A stretch of 63,532 nucleotides of DNA from Rhynchobatus australiae (GCA_034780895.1 JAUZTB010000094.1:9707992-9771523); one strand, 5' to 3'. Shown: positions 39,500 through 51,358, numbered from the stretch's first letter. The notes: generated by a model not told the origin, from the letters alone. A program made the numbers and translations.

Positions 39500-41950
39500 T
39501 GCCTTGGAACATTGCTGTCCCATGATCACAGCAGGACACAGCTATAACTATATCCCATGACCAAAGTGAGACATTGCTGATCCCCATCCAATGATCCCTG
39601 TGGGATATTGTTTATCTCAATTCCATAGTCACTGAGAGTCACCACTGTAACTGTATCCATCAATCCCAGTGGGACATTGTTCATCCTTCATCCATGAACC
39701 CCAATGGACACTGTTGCAACCCTCTCCCATGAAACATTGCTATTCCCTATCCTGTGGCACCAGTGACATATTGGTGAGCCTACCCTGTGACCCTAAGGGA
39801 CAATCACTGCTTATCAATATCCCATGATCTCACTAGACACAGATGATCCCCATCCCATGACCCCAGTGGGACATTGCTGAACCCAATCCAATGATCCTCA
39901 GTGGGACACAGATGATCCCTTTTCCATGATCCTAGGGCAACACCAATGATCTCTATCCCATGATCCCTGTGGGACATTGTTGATCCCTATTCCAATGTCC
40001 CAGTGGGACATTGTTGATCCTAATCCCACCATCACAGTGGGATATTGCTGCCCACTATCTCATGATACCAGTGGGACACTGCTGAACCCAATCCCATGAA
40101 CTCTATCCTATGACCTCAGAGGGACTCTGATGATTCCTATCCCATGATCCCAGTGGGAGACATGATTATTGTCCCATGATGTTCCGGGTACACTTTTGAT
40201 CTCTTATCTCATGTTCCCATGGGATACTGATAACCCTTGTCTAATGTTCCAGTGGACTTTGCAAAACCCTATCCCACAATCCTGGAGGAACATGGTTGAT
40301 TCCCATCCCATGATCCCTTTGGGACATTGCTGAACCCAAACCCATGATCCTAGTGGGTCAGTGGGTGTAAGTGGGTGGTAGGAAAATCAGGGCATGTGAG
40401 AAAGAATAAGTTACAGGTAAATAACTGGGGGAATAGGATTGATGGAATTCCTCTGAGAGCCAGCATAGATTCAGTGGGTTGAATGGCCTCCTTCAATGCC
40501 ATAAGGATATATTAATCCCAATGAAACACAGCTGATCTCTATCCCTTGATCCCAGTGGGATATTCTTGATCTCAATCTCATGATTTCAGTGGGATATTAC
40601 AGGTCCCTACCCTAAGGTGCCAGGAATAAATTGCTAAATGTGATCCTAGTGCAACTTAGCGGATCTCTTTAGTGGGAAACTCCCTATCCTAAGATCTCAG
40701 TAGACATTGTTCATCCCTATCCCATGATCCCACTAGTACATTTTTGATCCCTATCCCATGATCCCAGTGGAGCATTTATGACCCCTATCCCATGATCACC
40801 GTGGGACATAGCTGATTTCCATCAAATGATCCTTGTAGGGCACTGCTGAATCCTTCCCATGATAATAATGTGACAGTGATGAAACATATCCACAATCCCA
40901 GTGGAACATTGCTCAGGCCTGTTCCATGATCCCAATGGAATATTGTTGATGTCTATCTTATGATCCCAGTGGAACACTGCTGATTCCTATCCCTTGAGCT
41001 TAATGGCACGTTTCAGATCTCTGTCCAATGATCCCAGTAGAATGCTCATCCTTAGTCTTTGACACCAGTTGGACACCATTCCAATTCAATCCCATGATCC
41101 TAGCAACACATTGGTGAACCCTATCCCATGATCTCAGAGGGATATCACTGATCTCTATTTTGAAGGTCACAGTGGCTCATTACTGGTCCTTTTCCCTTAT
41201 TCCCAGTGGGGCATTGCTGATCCACATCCCATGATTCCAAGGGAACATCAGTGAACAGGGATAAGTAATCTCAGTAAGACATTGCTTATTCTATTCCATG
41301 ATCCCACCAGTACATTATTGAATCCTATCCCAGGATCCCAATGGGTCATTGTTGATTCCTATCCCACAATCCTGGTGGGACATTATTATTTCCTATCCTA
41401 TGAACCCAGTGGAACATTGCTGATCACTATCCCATGATCCCAATGGGACACCTTTGATCTGTATCCCAATTTGATATTGCTAACCCCTAGTCCAGGGTTG
41501 CAGTGGGACAACCTTGATCCTTATTCCATAATCCCAATGGAGAAGCACTGACCCCTATGATATTATCCCAGAGGGGCACTGCTGATGACTATTCCATGAT
41601 CCCAGTGAAACATTACTGAATTCTAGCCCATGATCCCAATGGGTCATTGGTGATCCTTATCTCATGGTTGCAGTGAAACAACCATTGATCACTATCTCAT
41701 CATCCCAGTGGAAAACCTCTGATCCCTATCTCATGACTCCAGTGAGACATTGATCTCTATTTCATGATTCCAGTGGGATATTGCTAATTCGTATTCCAAG
41801 ACCACAGTGGGTCTTTGTTGATCTCTATTCCATAATCCCATTGGCACATTGTTCATCCTTTCCCCCAATCCCTGTGGAAAATTCTTGTAATCCCATCCTC
41901 TAATTATCGTGGGGCATTGCTGTAACTCTAACTTGGATTCCCATCCCTCT
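39500..41950. repeat. Diverged ~34-bp minisatellite (ccctatcccatgatcccagtgggacattgctgat) in intron 8, with a SINE 3' fragment at about 40357-40510
   Basis: The unit is readable throughout 2.4 kb (roughly 65-70 copies by length). Confidence 0.92.
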
Positions 41951-43807
41951 GTTGAACAAGCTAGATTGCTAAAATTACCCTATTCTATAAGTATTTTACA
42001 AGTTGGAATAACAAATAGTTGTACAGCCAAAAAAATACAACCAATAAGAAAACATAGGGTCAGAATAAGATTATTTAGATATGCTGGAAATTACAAAAGT
42101 TAGTTCAAATTGGATTAATGCAGTGTAAAAAGTCAATGGAGAACCTGGATTTGATTGTGTTAAGTATATTCTGAATTGTTTTTAATAGGCAGACTGGAAG
42201 ATTTTGTTGGATTCAAATTCAATGGAAAACTGAAATGCTTATGAATCTTATACTGTACTGAAGGCAGGTACAAAATGGAAATTAAATACAACAGGTCCTT
42301 CAGAATATAAATTAGACCAGTTTAAATATGGATTGAAAATAAAAGCTGAAAAATAAGACTTACAATGGTAAATAAAGGTAGCCCCCAAAAACTGACCATT
42401 TATTGAATGGTATGAAAATAGATCAAGTAGATAAAATGTATAGCTATATAACAGTCTCATAACGTAAGATGGGTGAAGTAATGGCAACATTCAGCAATAG
42501 GTACAAATTCAAAAAGAGGCATTTAATAACTTTGAATTGTAGTTAAACTTTAAGATGAATAAGTGGCCTATTATTTCGATGTCATTTGCAATTGGGAAGT
42601 ATTTCTCCCTCTGGTTTCCACCCAAATTTACCTACATATTGCTGAATGTGACACCTTATCAGCACAATAAAGAAGTATTTTTTAAAACTGTGAGTAAACT
42701 GATTTTGAATAGGTGAAAATGACTTTAAAGCCAAAACAGAACCATTTACCAGTACACATTGGTGTACATTAGTTAGCATCTTAGTTTAAAAAAAACTTTC
42801 AAAATGCACCTAAAATACAGATGAATTTTAAGACCCTCCTTGAAGGCCTGTGAAGTGTCACAAAGAGCTGAAACTCGCATTGGTAGTTAATATAGTCTGG
42901 GACAAAGCCAGTTTTGTAGTGGTGTTGGCATTTAGCACAATGTTTTTTAATCTAGCTGAAAATATTACTGAAACTTAACTTGTTCAAAATGTGTATCTCT
43001 CACATCTCATATATCCTTATGACACAGGTCATTTAGCCCATTGAGTCTATGCTGTCAGAGCAATCCCGCCAAAACTATCTCCCCACTTATTTTGAATTTG
43101 TACTTCAATATTTTTAATCTTTTGCACTGGTTTGTGTGATTCTAGGTGAATTGTGCTGAAATCAGTCAGTGTAATTGAGCAGAAACTCCTAAATTTTATA
43201 TTAGATATAAAGTTTCTGTGATAAGATGACAAAATGTGTTTGAGCTTTGAATACAGACAGAGAATGAAAACCAGCCAGACACAGTGACAGGGTCCTTCAA
43301 TTAGCACCAGAAGTTACAAGCCTCAGTATAATGAGCTACCACAAGGTAAACTGTTTGCTACTGCCTGGAAAAGTAAAAGGCAATAAAGTATGGTTAGGTA
43401 ATGATATAGACAGAGGTAACAAAAGAAGTGGATACAAAGTATGTGCATGAACCTGCAGAATGAGAAACCAAAGAAAATACTGGATGGGTGTGCATGGGAA
43501 CAGACAATTATAGATATAAATAGATGGCGATATGAATATAAATGGAAATAGATGTACAGACAGGGAGATATGGGGAGATATGATGTATAGGAATTGAGAG
43601 ATGCACACAAAATAGGTACTAATTTAACATTGCATGTATCATCTCATTACATAACTAGATTTAGATATCTAGCCTTAAGTGTGTGGCAATATTAATTGTT
43701 TGAATAAAACCTGTTTATTTCATTACAATCAATAGAGACCAGAGATATTTGGTGAATACAATTTTGACAATCCTGGAATATTGCTAGGAAATAAATGCTT
43801 TTCTTAC

Positions 43808-43885
43808 CATTGGTCCTTGCATGACACCTATCTGAGCGCCTCCTGCTTTCTCATCAAACCCTCGTGCCATCTGTGAAGCAAAGTT
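43808..43885 (-). CDS. COL2A1: Exon 8 (78 nt) [26 protein letters not shown]: N-proteinase site, N-telopeptide, start of main helix
   Basis: cAG/GTAAGA boundaries; FDEKAGG cross-link lysine motif. Confidence 0.97.
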
Positions 43886-45933
43886 CTGTTGAAGTAAAAC
43901 AAAAACTTGAATTAGCTGGGTGGCTGTGCTTCATCACCTTAACATGGTTATCTTATGCAGAAACACCAGAGTGAATGAAACCTTAGGTCCACGTGCATAA
44001 TATCACAGGAATGTCACAAAGTCTCGACTCATTGTTTGGGAGAATTTAGCAGGGAAATAGCTCATCTAGTAAAATAAAATTTGCATTTTATTCTTTAGCC
44101 ACAGGGGATCTGGCTTCAAATCTGGACAGTTGAGACAAAAGTTTCACTCTGTGTTGGGCCTGATGTGATATATACTTGTGTAGTTCCAATCAAATTTTTT
44201 GTGTGAGAGCCTAGGGTGCAAAACAATCCCTGGATAGGTGGAAATTGGCATTCTCGCCACACAAAGCGGGGAGTAGGAAATTGAGGATGAGGAACTTTGT
44301 AGGGCAGAACAGAAGAAGCGGTTTATTTTATTTAGAAAATTAAGTTAATTATGTAACAGCCAGTAACATAATGAGATAACCATATCTTCTGTTATTGTAC
44401 TCCTGCCCCAGCAACTCATCAATTTACAGTTTATTTTATGAGCTACATACTCCTTCAACACCCTGCTGTCAATTTCTAAGTTTGAGTCATACATCAGAAA
44501 AAATTTGAAACACTGTCCCTCATAATAACAATCTTGTCATTAAATTCAATTTATTTTCTTTTTGATTTTCTGTGTTCTTAAAATTTACCTTTTGAGCAAG
44601 CTTACCTAATGCAACAGCAAACTTTCTTTCTTTAAGCTATACCATCAAAGACATTGGTCTCATTGTCTTGGTCTCATTTTTATTAGTGGAATCTTACTGT
44701 GTGCAAAAATAGCTGATGCTTCTACTTATGTTCTACATTACAAAGCACTGTGCTTAAGGTAATTCATTGTATATTAAGTATTTTGAGACATTTCTAAGAA
44801 GCCTGAGATAAATGGGCTCTTTCGTTAACATTTAACACATTTAAACTGACTGCTTCAATTGTCAAAATAACTCATTTTTTAAGGTAATTACTGGAAGAAG
44901 AAAATCTGTTCACATAACTCTCGTTTCTATCTCTGCTGTCTCTTTATAAAGCCGTTACAGGCTCAACTAATTGATATTTCCATAATTTCATGACTATCAA
45001 TCTCACACGTGGAAGGTCCTTGTGGTATGAACTGTGTAGGTTTCTAAAGCTGAGCAGTCAGAGCTAATACTCTCTGAAACTTCCCAGTCGTCGGAATGTA
45101 ATTTATGAGAAATAGTTTAATCTTGTTAAAACATGCCTGCAACCAAAAAAAGTTGGATCTATGATTAATAAAAGACAAAATTGATGAGGAAATATTCCTA
45201 ATGTCTCCATTATGACAACCTCAGTTTGAAATAAAATGACCTGTCCGAATGGAAGAGATTAGAAGATCAAGGCTGTATAAAAGAAGATGCGTTCATCTGA
45301 CAGATTCAGATATATGGATTAGAATTTTACATTGGCTTGTGATGTTTTTATGGGTAAATGCATTTGATCAATTGAAAATGAGCATCTCTGATTCTATTCC
45401 CTGGCTATGCTGAGTTGGTTGATCTTAGCTTGTAAGTATGCTCCTAATGGCCTCAGTGTTCTTGGGTTATGTAAGTGGAAACATTCTGTCAGGTGATTAT
45501 CAGGTGATTCCAGTTGGGAAAGTGTATATGTATACATGTGTGGAATGGCTTGGATTTGATTTCTCCAACAGACAAATAAATTCCTGAAAGGGGGTTGTGA
45601 TATGCAGGCACAAAGTGCAGAAGTTCCACCATTTAAGGGTGGGACAGATTTGACAGAAAACTTGGCCTTCGCCTCTCTTTTTTCTTACATGTTCATGGAG
45701 TGCTGAGATAGCTTCGCTCTTACAGAAGATTGTATGTAGCACTGGATGAAAGAGAATCACAAAGCCCCAATCTTAAATTGCTTTCTAATCTAAATATAAA
45801 TGTTAAATATTAAAGGGAGAGAGTGAATGGAATGCATAAACCTAACTGTGATACAATTCAGACTTGAGCAGCAGAGGGACTGGGTTGCACATTGAAGAAC
45901 AGGTTAACCTCCTGATGGTTGAGTTGTACTTAC

Positions 45934-46035
45934 TCCGCCAAAGTCAGACATGCCAGATGTTCCAGGTGGCCCGGGTGGTCCAGGATTGCCGGGAGTTCCA
46001 GGTACTCCATCTCTACCACGGGGACCAGGTACACC
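45934..46035 (-). CDS. COL2A1: Exon 7 (102 nt) [34 protein letters not shown]
   Basis: tAG/GTAAGT boundaries; end of the minor helix. Confidence 0.95.
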
Positions 46036-46281
46036 CTAAAATCAAGTAATAATACCTCCACATTAGAAAAGAAAATTAAAATCATGCACGTGACTGCAGA
46101 AAATACATCTGAATGTGCTATCGATTGAAGAAGTACTTTAACGTCCACTTCTTATTGGTGATAATTTTAGAGACTTCCTTTTGCTGATTTCTGCTGCACT
46201 CCAGATAGCATGAGATACTTAATTTATTAAAGTTATTTTATTACATGGAACTAGTTAACAAGAAATACAAAGTTCACTCAC

Positions 46282-46335
46282 TGCTTCACCCTTCATTCCA
46301 CGTAATCCCCTTATTCCCTGTTCTCCAGCTGGTCC
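46282..46335 (-). CDS. COL2A1: Exon 6 (54 nt) GPAGEQGIRGLRGMKGEA
   Basis: tAG/GTGAGT boundaries; Gly-X-Y. Confidence 0.95.
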
Positions 46336-46428
46336 CTAAGGAAAAAGCAAAGGAGGATTATTAAGAGATTCAAAATGCTTCCTGAAATTCCAACAGTTGG
46401 CATAAAATTTGGAAGGAGTGACACTCAC

Positions 46429-46461
46429 TTGTGGGCCTGGAGGTCCTCTTGGTCCTACAAC
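46429..46461 (-). CDS. COL2A1: Exon 5 (33 nt) [11 protein letters not shown]
   Basis: cAG/GTGAGT boundaries. Confidence 0.95.
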
Positions 46462-46857
46462 CTGGGAAACACAAAGAAAAAAAAAGTAAAAATCTGCAAT
46501 CATCAATCTTGCTGGATTAATAATTCAGAAAGATTAAAAATCTTGTAAGTAAATATTAAAAAAGTGACATTTAAATTGTTCAAAATATTGAAGTATAATC
46601 ATGAATTATTTATATCAATCTGACAATTATTCAGAGATATAGGGCCAAGTCTTCAATGCCTTCATATAAATCACTTTAGTCAGTCTCTTGACCTGATAAA
46701 TGCTGCAGCAAATAATTTTTTTAAATGCCCGTAGTGCAACTATTTCTTTCACCGTGAGTTAATGCAACAACTGGTGTCATAAAAGGGTGTGATCCACAAT
46801 AAAGCAGAGAAATTAACAGAATTTTCAATGATATTTAAAAGTGCACATGTAACTTAC

Positions 46858-46890
46858 ATCTTTAATATCCCCTGGTTCACCTTTCTGTCC
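46858..46890 (-). CDS. COL2A1: Exon 4 (33 nt) GQKGEPGDIKD
   Basis: AG/GTAAGT boundaries; typical alpha-1(II) N-propeptide. Confidence 0.95.
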
Positions 46891-46979
46891 CTAAAAATAA
46901 TTTGGAAAAAAAGAAAAGGTCATCGATAGTTACAATGAAGGTTGGAATCATAGAACATCTTTGACCTTATTTCCAAAAC

Positions 46980-47160
46980 AAAAAAAACTATTGATGCTAG
47001 AAATCTGTAATAAAAACATAAAATGCTGGAAATACTCGGCAGGTGATATAGCATTTTTGGGGAGAAAAAGGAGTTAATGTTTCAACCTGAAATGTTCATT
47101 CTTTTTTCTCTTTNNNNNNNNNTTCTTGACCTGCTGAATATTTCATTATTTTGTTTATAC
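46980..47160. mobile_element. Decayed hairpin element
   Basis: aaatgctggaaatactcggcaggt ... acctgctgaatatttc inverted arms. Confidence 0.65.
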
Positions 47161-48014
47161 TTGAGCTCAGTTCATTCAATTCATGTGTGTTTTTAAGTGC
47201 AGCATCTACATGTTCATATATTGTGCAACTTTCCATTTTAATCCATTTCCAGGAGCACATACATTTTTGCATTAATTATGCATTAACTGGTACACCTATG
47301 CCAGAAATTTTGAGGACAGGTGACAAAAAAGGGTGGGGTTATTGAAGCTTTCTTCAGCGGGTTGTTGGAATGGGTACTGCCGCTTCCTTTTAAGAAATAC
47401 ATTGAGAGCAGTGTCAGTAATTGTACACAAGGGGAAGCCCGAGACTATATTTAGTGCAGTCTCCATTTGTAATTGGAGAAATAACAGTGATTGAACTCAA
47501 GGCAATTCCACTCAAGGTGATGTCTTGTGACAAAACTAAGTTCAGGGCTAGTATGTCCTCAGAGTAGGGACAGTGTTGGAGGGTGTATTAAAGACAGGAT
47601 CAATGACTGCACCTGATCAAGGTCAAAAGCAGTACTAGGAACAATGTTGTTGCAAAGAGTTAATACAGTCTCATTCAAGTATGGGACCATGACCAATGAA
47701 TGCACTCTGGAAAAGGACAATGAATGCACTCTGGAAAAGGAAAATGCACTTCAATAGTCAAGATCAATGACCATGGTCAGGACAGGGTCATTCATTTAAC
47801 TCCGGACACAATCAGTGTCTGAAGTCACTGCAAGAAAACTGAGGTTCCCCAGGGCAGAGTAAATGGTGGTGCTCATGAAAAACACAGGAACATTACTAAG
47901 GGCAGTGTCAACAATCATATTCAGGTCAACATTGGTAACAACAGTCAAGATGGGGTTATAATCTGAAGCCAGGTTGAGGTCATTGACAATCATCAAAAGA
48001 GGATTGATGAGTAT

Positions 48015-48385
48015 GGTCAGAGCAGGAACATAATGTGTACTTAGGGCAGGGTCAGTTAGTGTGGTCAGGAGAGGGTCAGTGAACGTAGTGATGTCAGGGA
48101 CAGTAAGTGTACTCAGGGCAAGTACAGTGCGTGTCGAGAGGGCAGGGTCAGTGCATGTAGAGAGGGGAGGGTCAGTGAGTGTAGAGCGGGCAGCGTCAGT
48201 GATTGTAGAAGAGGGCAGGATCAGTGGGTGTAGAGAGGGCGGGGCAATGTGTGGTCAGTCAAGGTCAGTGGGTGTGGTCAGAGCAGGGTCAGTGGGTGTG
48301 GTCAGGGCAGGGTCAGTGGGTGTGTTCAAGGCAGGATCAGCAAATATAGTCAGGGCAGGGTCATGAATGTAGTCAGGGCAGTAGT
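48015..48385. repeat. 24-bp G-rich minisatellite (gcagggtcagtgggtgtggtcagg); degenerate copies extend about 47550-49100
   Basis: 8-residue periodicity GSVGVVRA in spurious ORF 48061..48366. Confidence 0.85.
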
Positions 48386-48407
48386 TGCTTTTATCAAGAA
48401 ATGGCAC

Positions 48408-48765
48408 AGGGCAACACAGTGGCACAGCTAGTAGAGCTTCTGCCTCATAGCTCCAGAGACCCAGGTTCAAGCCTGACCTCAGATGCTGCGTGTGTGGAGT
48501 TTGCTCATCCTCCCTGTGACTATTTGTATTTACCCTGGGTACTCTGGTTTCCTCCCGTAACCCAAATATTGGCAATTAGTGGGCCATTGTAAATTTCCCC
48601 TAGTGTTTAGGTGAGTGGTAGAATCTGGGGGGTGGGGGGCACAGGGGCATGCTGGTTGATGGGAATGTGGGGAGCATAAGTTACAGGGAAAATCTGTGGG
48701 GGCATTGAGATGACTCTGTGAGTGGGTATCAACTTGATTGGCAGAAATAGCCTCCTTCTAAATCA
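48408..48765 (+). mobile_element. tRNA-derived SINE (V-SINE/HE1-like)
   Basis: Head TGGCACAGCTAGT...GGTTCAAGCC; same body as 2690 and 4471. Confidence 0.85.
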
Positions 48766-49738
48766 TCAAACATGTCATATCAGTGCCAATGACTGTGGGC
48801 AGAGAATGGCCATCTACATTATTTATGACAGGATCACTGACTTGACTCCTTGCAAGGTCAATCATTTAATAAGGGTAGGGTCAATAAAAGTAAAGACTGC
48901 ATTCTGGGAAAAGTTTGTGACCTTTCTTGGGCTAGGACCAATAGCTGTGGTGCACAAAGGATTGGTGATGTTACTCAGGCTAGGATCAATGAATATAGTC
49001 TGACAAAGGTTAGTGACTTTACTTGGGTGTGGATCAGTAACTGTTTATACAGTTTTGAGTCAGTATTTGTACCCAGGCTTGTGCAAGGGACTTTTCTTGG
49101 CTCATTGTCAAAGACTGTACCCAGGTAAGTGTAGGATATACTGTTGGAATTGTATTGTGCATGAATGTTCATTAGCTTAAAAAGTTGCTTGAAGAGGAAT
49201 GACATGATTTAATAGGCATCATTATATTGTACTGACTCCTGTGGCTGCTTTCTGATTCTGCTCCAGGTGAACTGAATGTAGATAATATTATAGTCTATCT
49301 TTTGCATTGCAGTTTGCCAGAGGCAACTGTCAGTCAGTCAGCTAACGTTTCACTTATTCTCATTAAAATAATTTTCTTTCCAGCTTTGTATAATAAACCT
49401 GCTGCTCACCCTTCACCCTAAGTAGCAATCACTATAAATCTGTCAATCAACAGTTATTAAAATTCATCTGCCATAGATCCAGATAATGAGTTTCAGATAG
49501 GATAAAAAGTGCAAATCCATTCACTTCTATAGGTTCAGGTCGTGGCATGAGTACTGGGGACTCTGTTCATTGAATCATTTGCACTAGATCATTCCATATC
49601 TGCCTGGCCTGGATAAAAAACTTTGCTTTGGTGTGATGGAGCACACTGTTACTTTAATTCTACTGTTAACATTCAGTCTTGGACACTTGATGTTTAAGTC
49701 AATCGAAACATGTAAAATCATTAATAGTGAGATCTTAC

Positions 49739-49755
49739 CTTTGGACCTCTTTGCC
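49739..49755 (-). CDS. COL2A1: Exon 3 (17 nt) xQRGPK
   Basis: cacAG|GGCAAAGAGGTCCAAAG|GTAAGA; restores phase 0. Confidence 0.9.
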
Positions 49756-51107
49756 CTGTGTGTGATGGGGGAAGAAAAAGAACGTTAAACAGCATCTTCA
49801 ATCAGAGCTCTATTCATATTTACATAATGCACCATTAACAGACTGACAGGTACTGCCCTAGCTAAGGAGGAGGTATTTATAAAAACCCAGCCTTGCTTTG
49901 CCATAATGGCAAGAGGTAATGCCATGCACAAAGCATGGTGTGTACTTGCTTTTGACTGGCACTGAGCTATGACTGCAAATGGCTGCCCATCCAGATAACA
50001 AATGTTTAACTCTGCAAACATCAGATCAATGTCTGTTTAGTACGCACAATTCAGTGCAATGAAACAGCAAGCATAAATCAGAATTTCTAAAAAAAACTGG
50101 TAGCAAAATGACCTGTTAAAAAGCAAATTATCAAGTAATGATTAATCCTCCAGCAGAGTTTATTTATTTTATAGGGAAAAAGCTTCTAAATGTCAGCATT
50201 TTTGGCAAAACAAGATTGCTTTGTCGGCATTAAGGCTTGGCTAGATGATAAGCATAATTGAATATCTATCTTTGAACATCTGCAGCAAATAATTCTTTTA
50301 AAAAAGGTATAATCTGATTTAAAAAGATCTCATACTTCTCTTTTGCTTGTTTTATTCACTGGTGCAAGCAGTAAGGAATGTTCAAAGAGTTTTACCTGAG
50401 TTCATCTTATTTTTTAGTAACCAAGTATGCAGCTCATTTGGGGAAAACTGGAAGAACAGCTGCAGATTTGACAATTACAAGTTGAAATTTGAGATTTGCA
50501 CATATATGTACAGAAGGAAAGTCCCCAATTTTGAGCTTGTGGCCAATGTAGAAGTTACCAAGTAATTTATAGCAAACACTGAGTTATTTCAAAAGAACAA
50601 ATGAATCACAGGAATTTTTGAAGTTAATCTCAGGATTGCCACCATTTGCATAATCACATGAAATAAGAAGTGAGGACTGCATATTTCTTCTGCTGAGCTC
50701 AGGTATTTTATAATCGGTGTTTTAGGTAACCACACTTGAGATGTAGCTGCAATTTGATGAAGTTGGCTTTTGGAAATGAAAGCAACAGAGTGACACTCAG
50801 TTGGACCTGGCTTCCTTTGAAACTTGGCTTTTATTTCAGGACTGGGTACAAGGCAAATATGGGGCATTGATAGGAAAAGAGTTAATTGCAAAAATATCAT
50901 TTTCTAAATATCCTAAATCGATCATCTTGCAAAACTCAGGCTATTCTTGAACTTACTGCAGCAATGAATAAAAATACAACAAAATAGAAAGTATAAAACA
51001 AATGCAGATTTCACCTTTTTGCTTAAAAACACAGCAGCCACTAATGGACAAATCTTTCCGGGGGGGGGGGGGCCCTGGTGGTTTTGTCCATAAATGGGGA
51101 ATTCACA

Positions 51108-51145
51108 GTAATTTATTTATATAAGGAAAAAAATAAATAAATTAC
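51108..51145 (-). promoter_or_regulatory. Intron-2 splicing stem-loop over the exon 2 donor
   Basis: Perfect inverted repeat GTAATTTATTTAT (51108-51120 and 51133-51145) with a 12-nt loop. Confidence 0.85.
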
Positions 51146-51358
51146 GATCGACAGGAGGAGCTCGGTCGTTCAGACAGACAGGGCAGCATTCTCCAAAAGG
51201 AATCTCAGGATTAGGACAATCCTTAAAATCTTCGCAGATTATCTCGTCGCAGAGGATAATCCCATTGTCACAGACACAGATACTACAAGGCTCGGGTTTC
51301 CACACATCTTTGTCACTATATGTCTGCCCGTCTTGAATACACTTCACTTGCAGGTCTT
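51146..51358 (-). CDS. COL2A1: Exon 2 (213 nt), VWC/chordin-like cysteine-rich domain; the type IIA cassette exon
   Basis: ttacAG acceptor; [71 protein letters not shown] with 10 Cys; GTAATT donor; phase 1-1 and length divisible by 3. Confidence 0.95.

Noticed and set aside
39500-41950. CRISPR-like appearance of a ~34-bp palindromic repeat
   Set aside because: Units are head-to-tail with no unique spacers, are highly diverged, lie in a vertebrate intron and have no cas genes. It is a minisatellite.
48061-48366. ORF with GSVGVVRA repeats
   Set aside because: Translation of the 24-bp minisatellite on the strand opposite the gene.
50799-50815. 17-nt GGAAGCCAGGTCCAACT (xKPGPT) resembling a duplicate of exon 3 in intron 2
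   Set aside because: No AG directly before and no GT directly after in the needed phase; chance match or dead pseudo-exon unless RNA-seq shows junctions.
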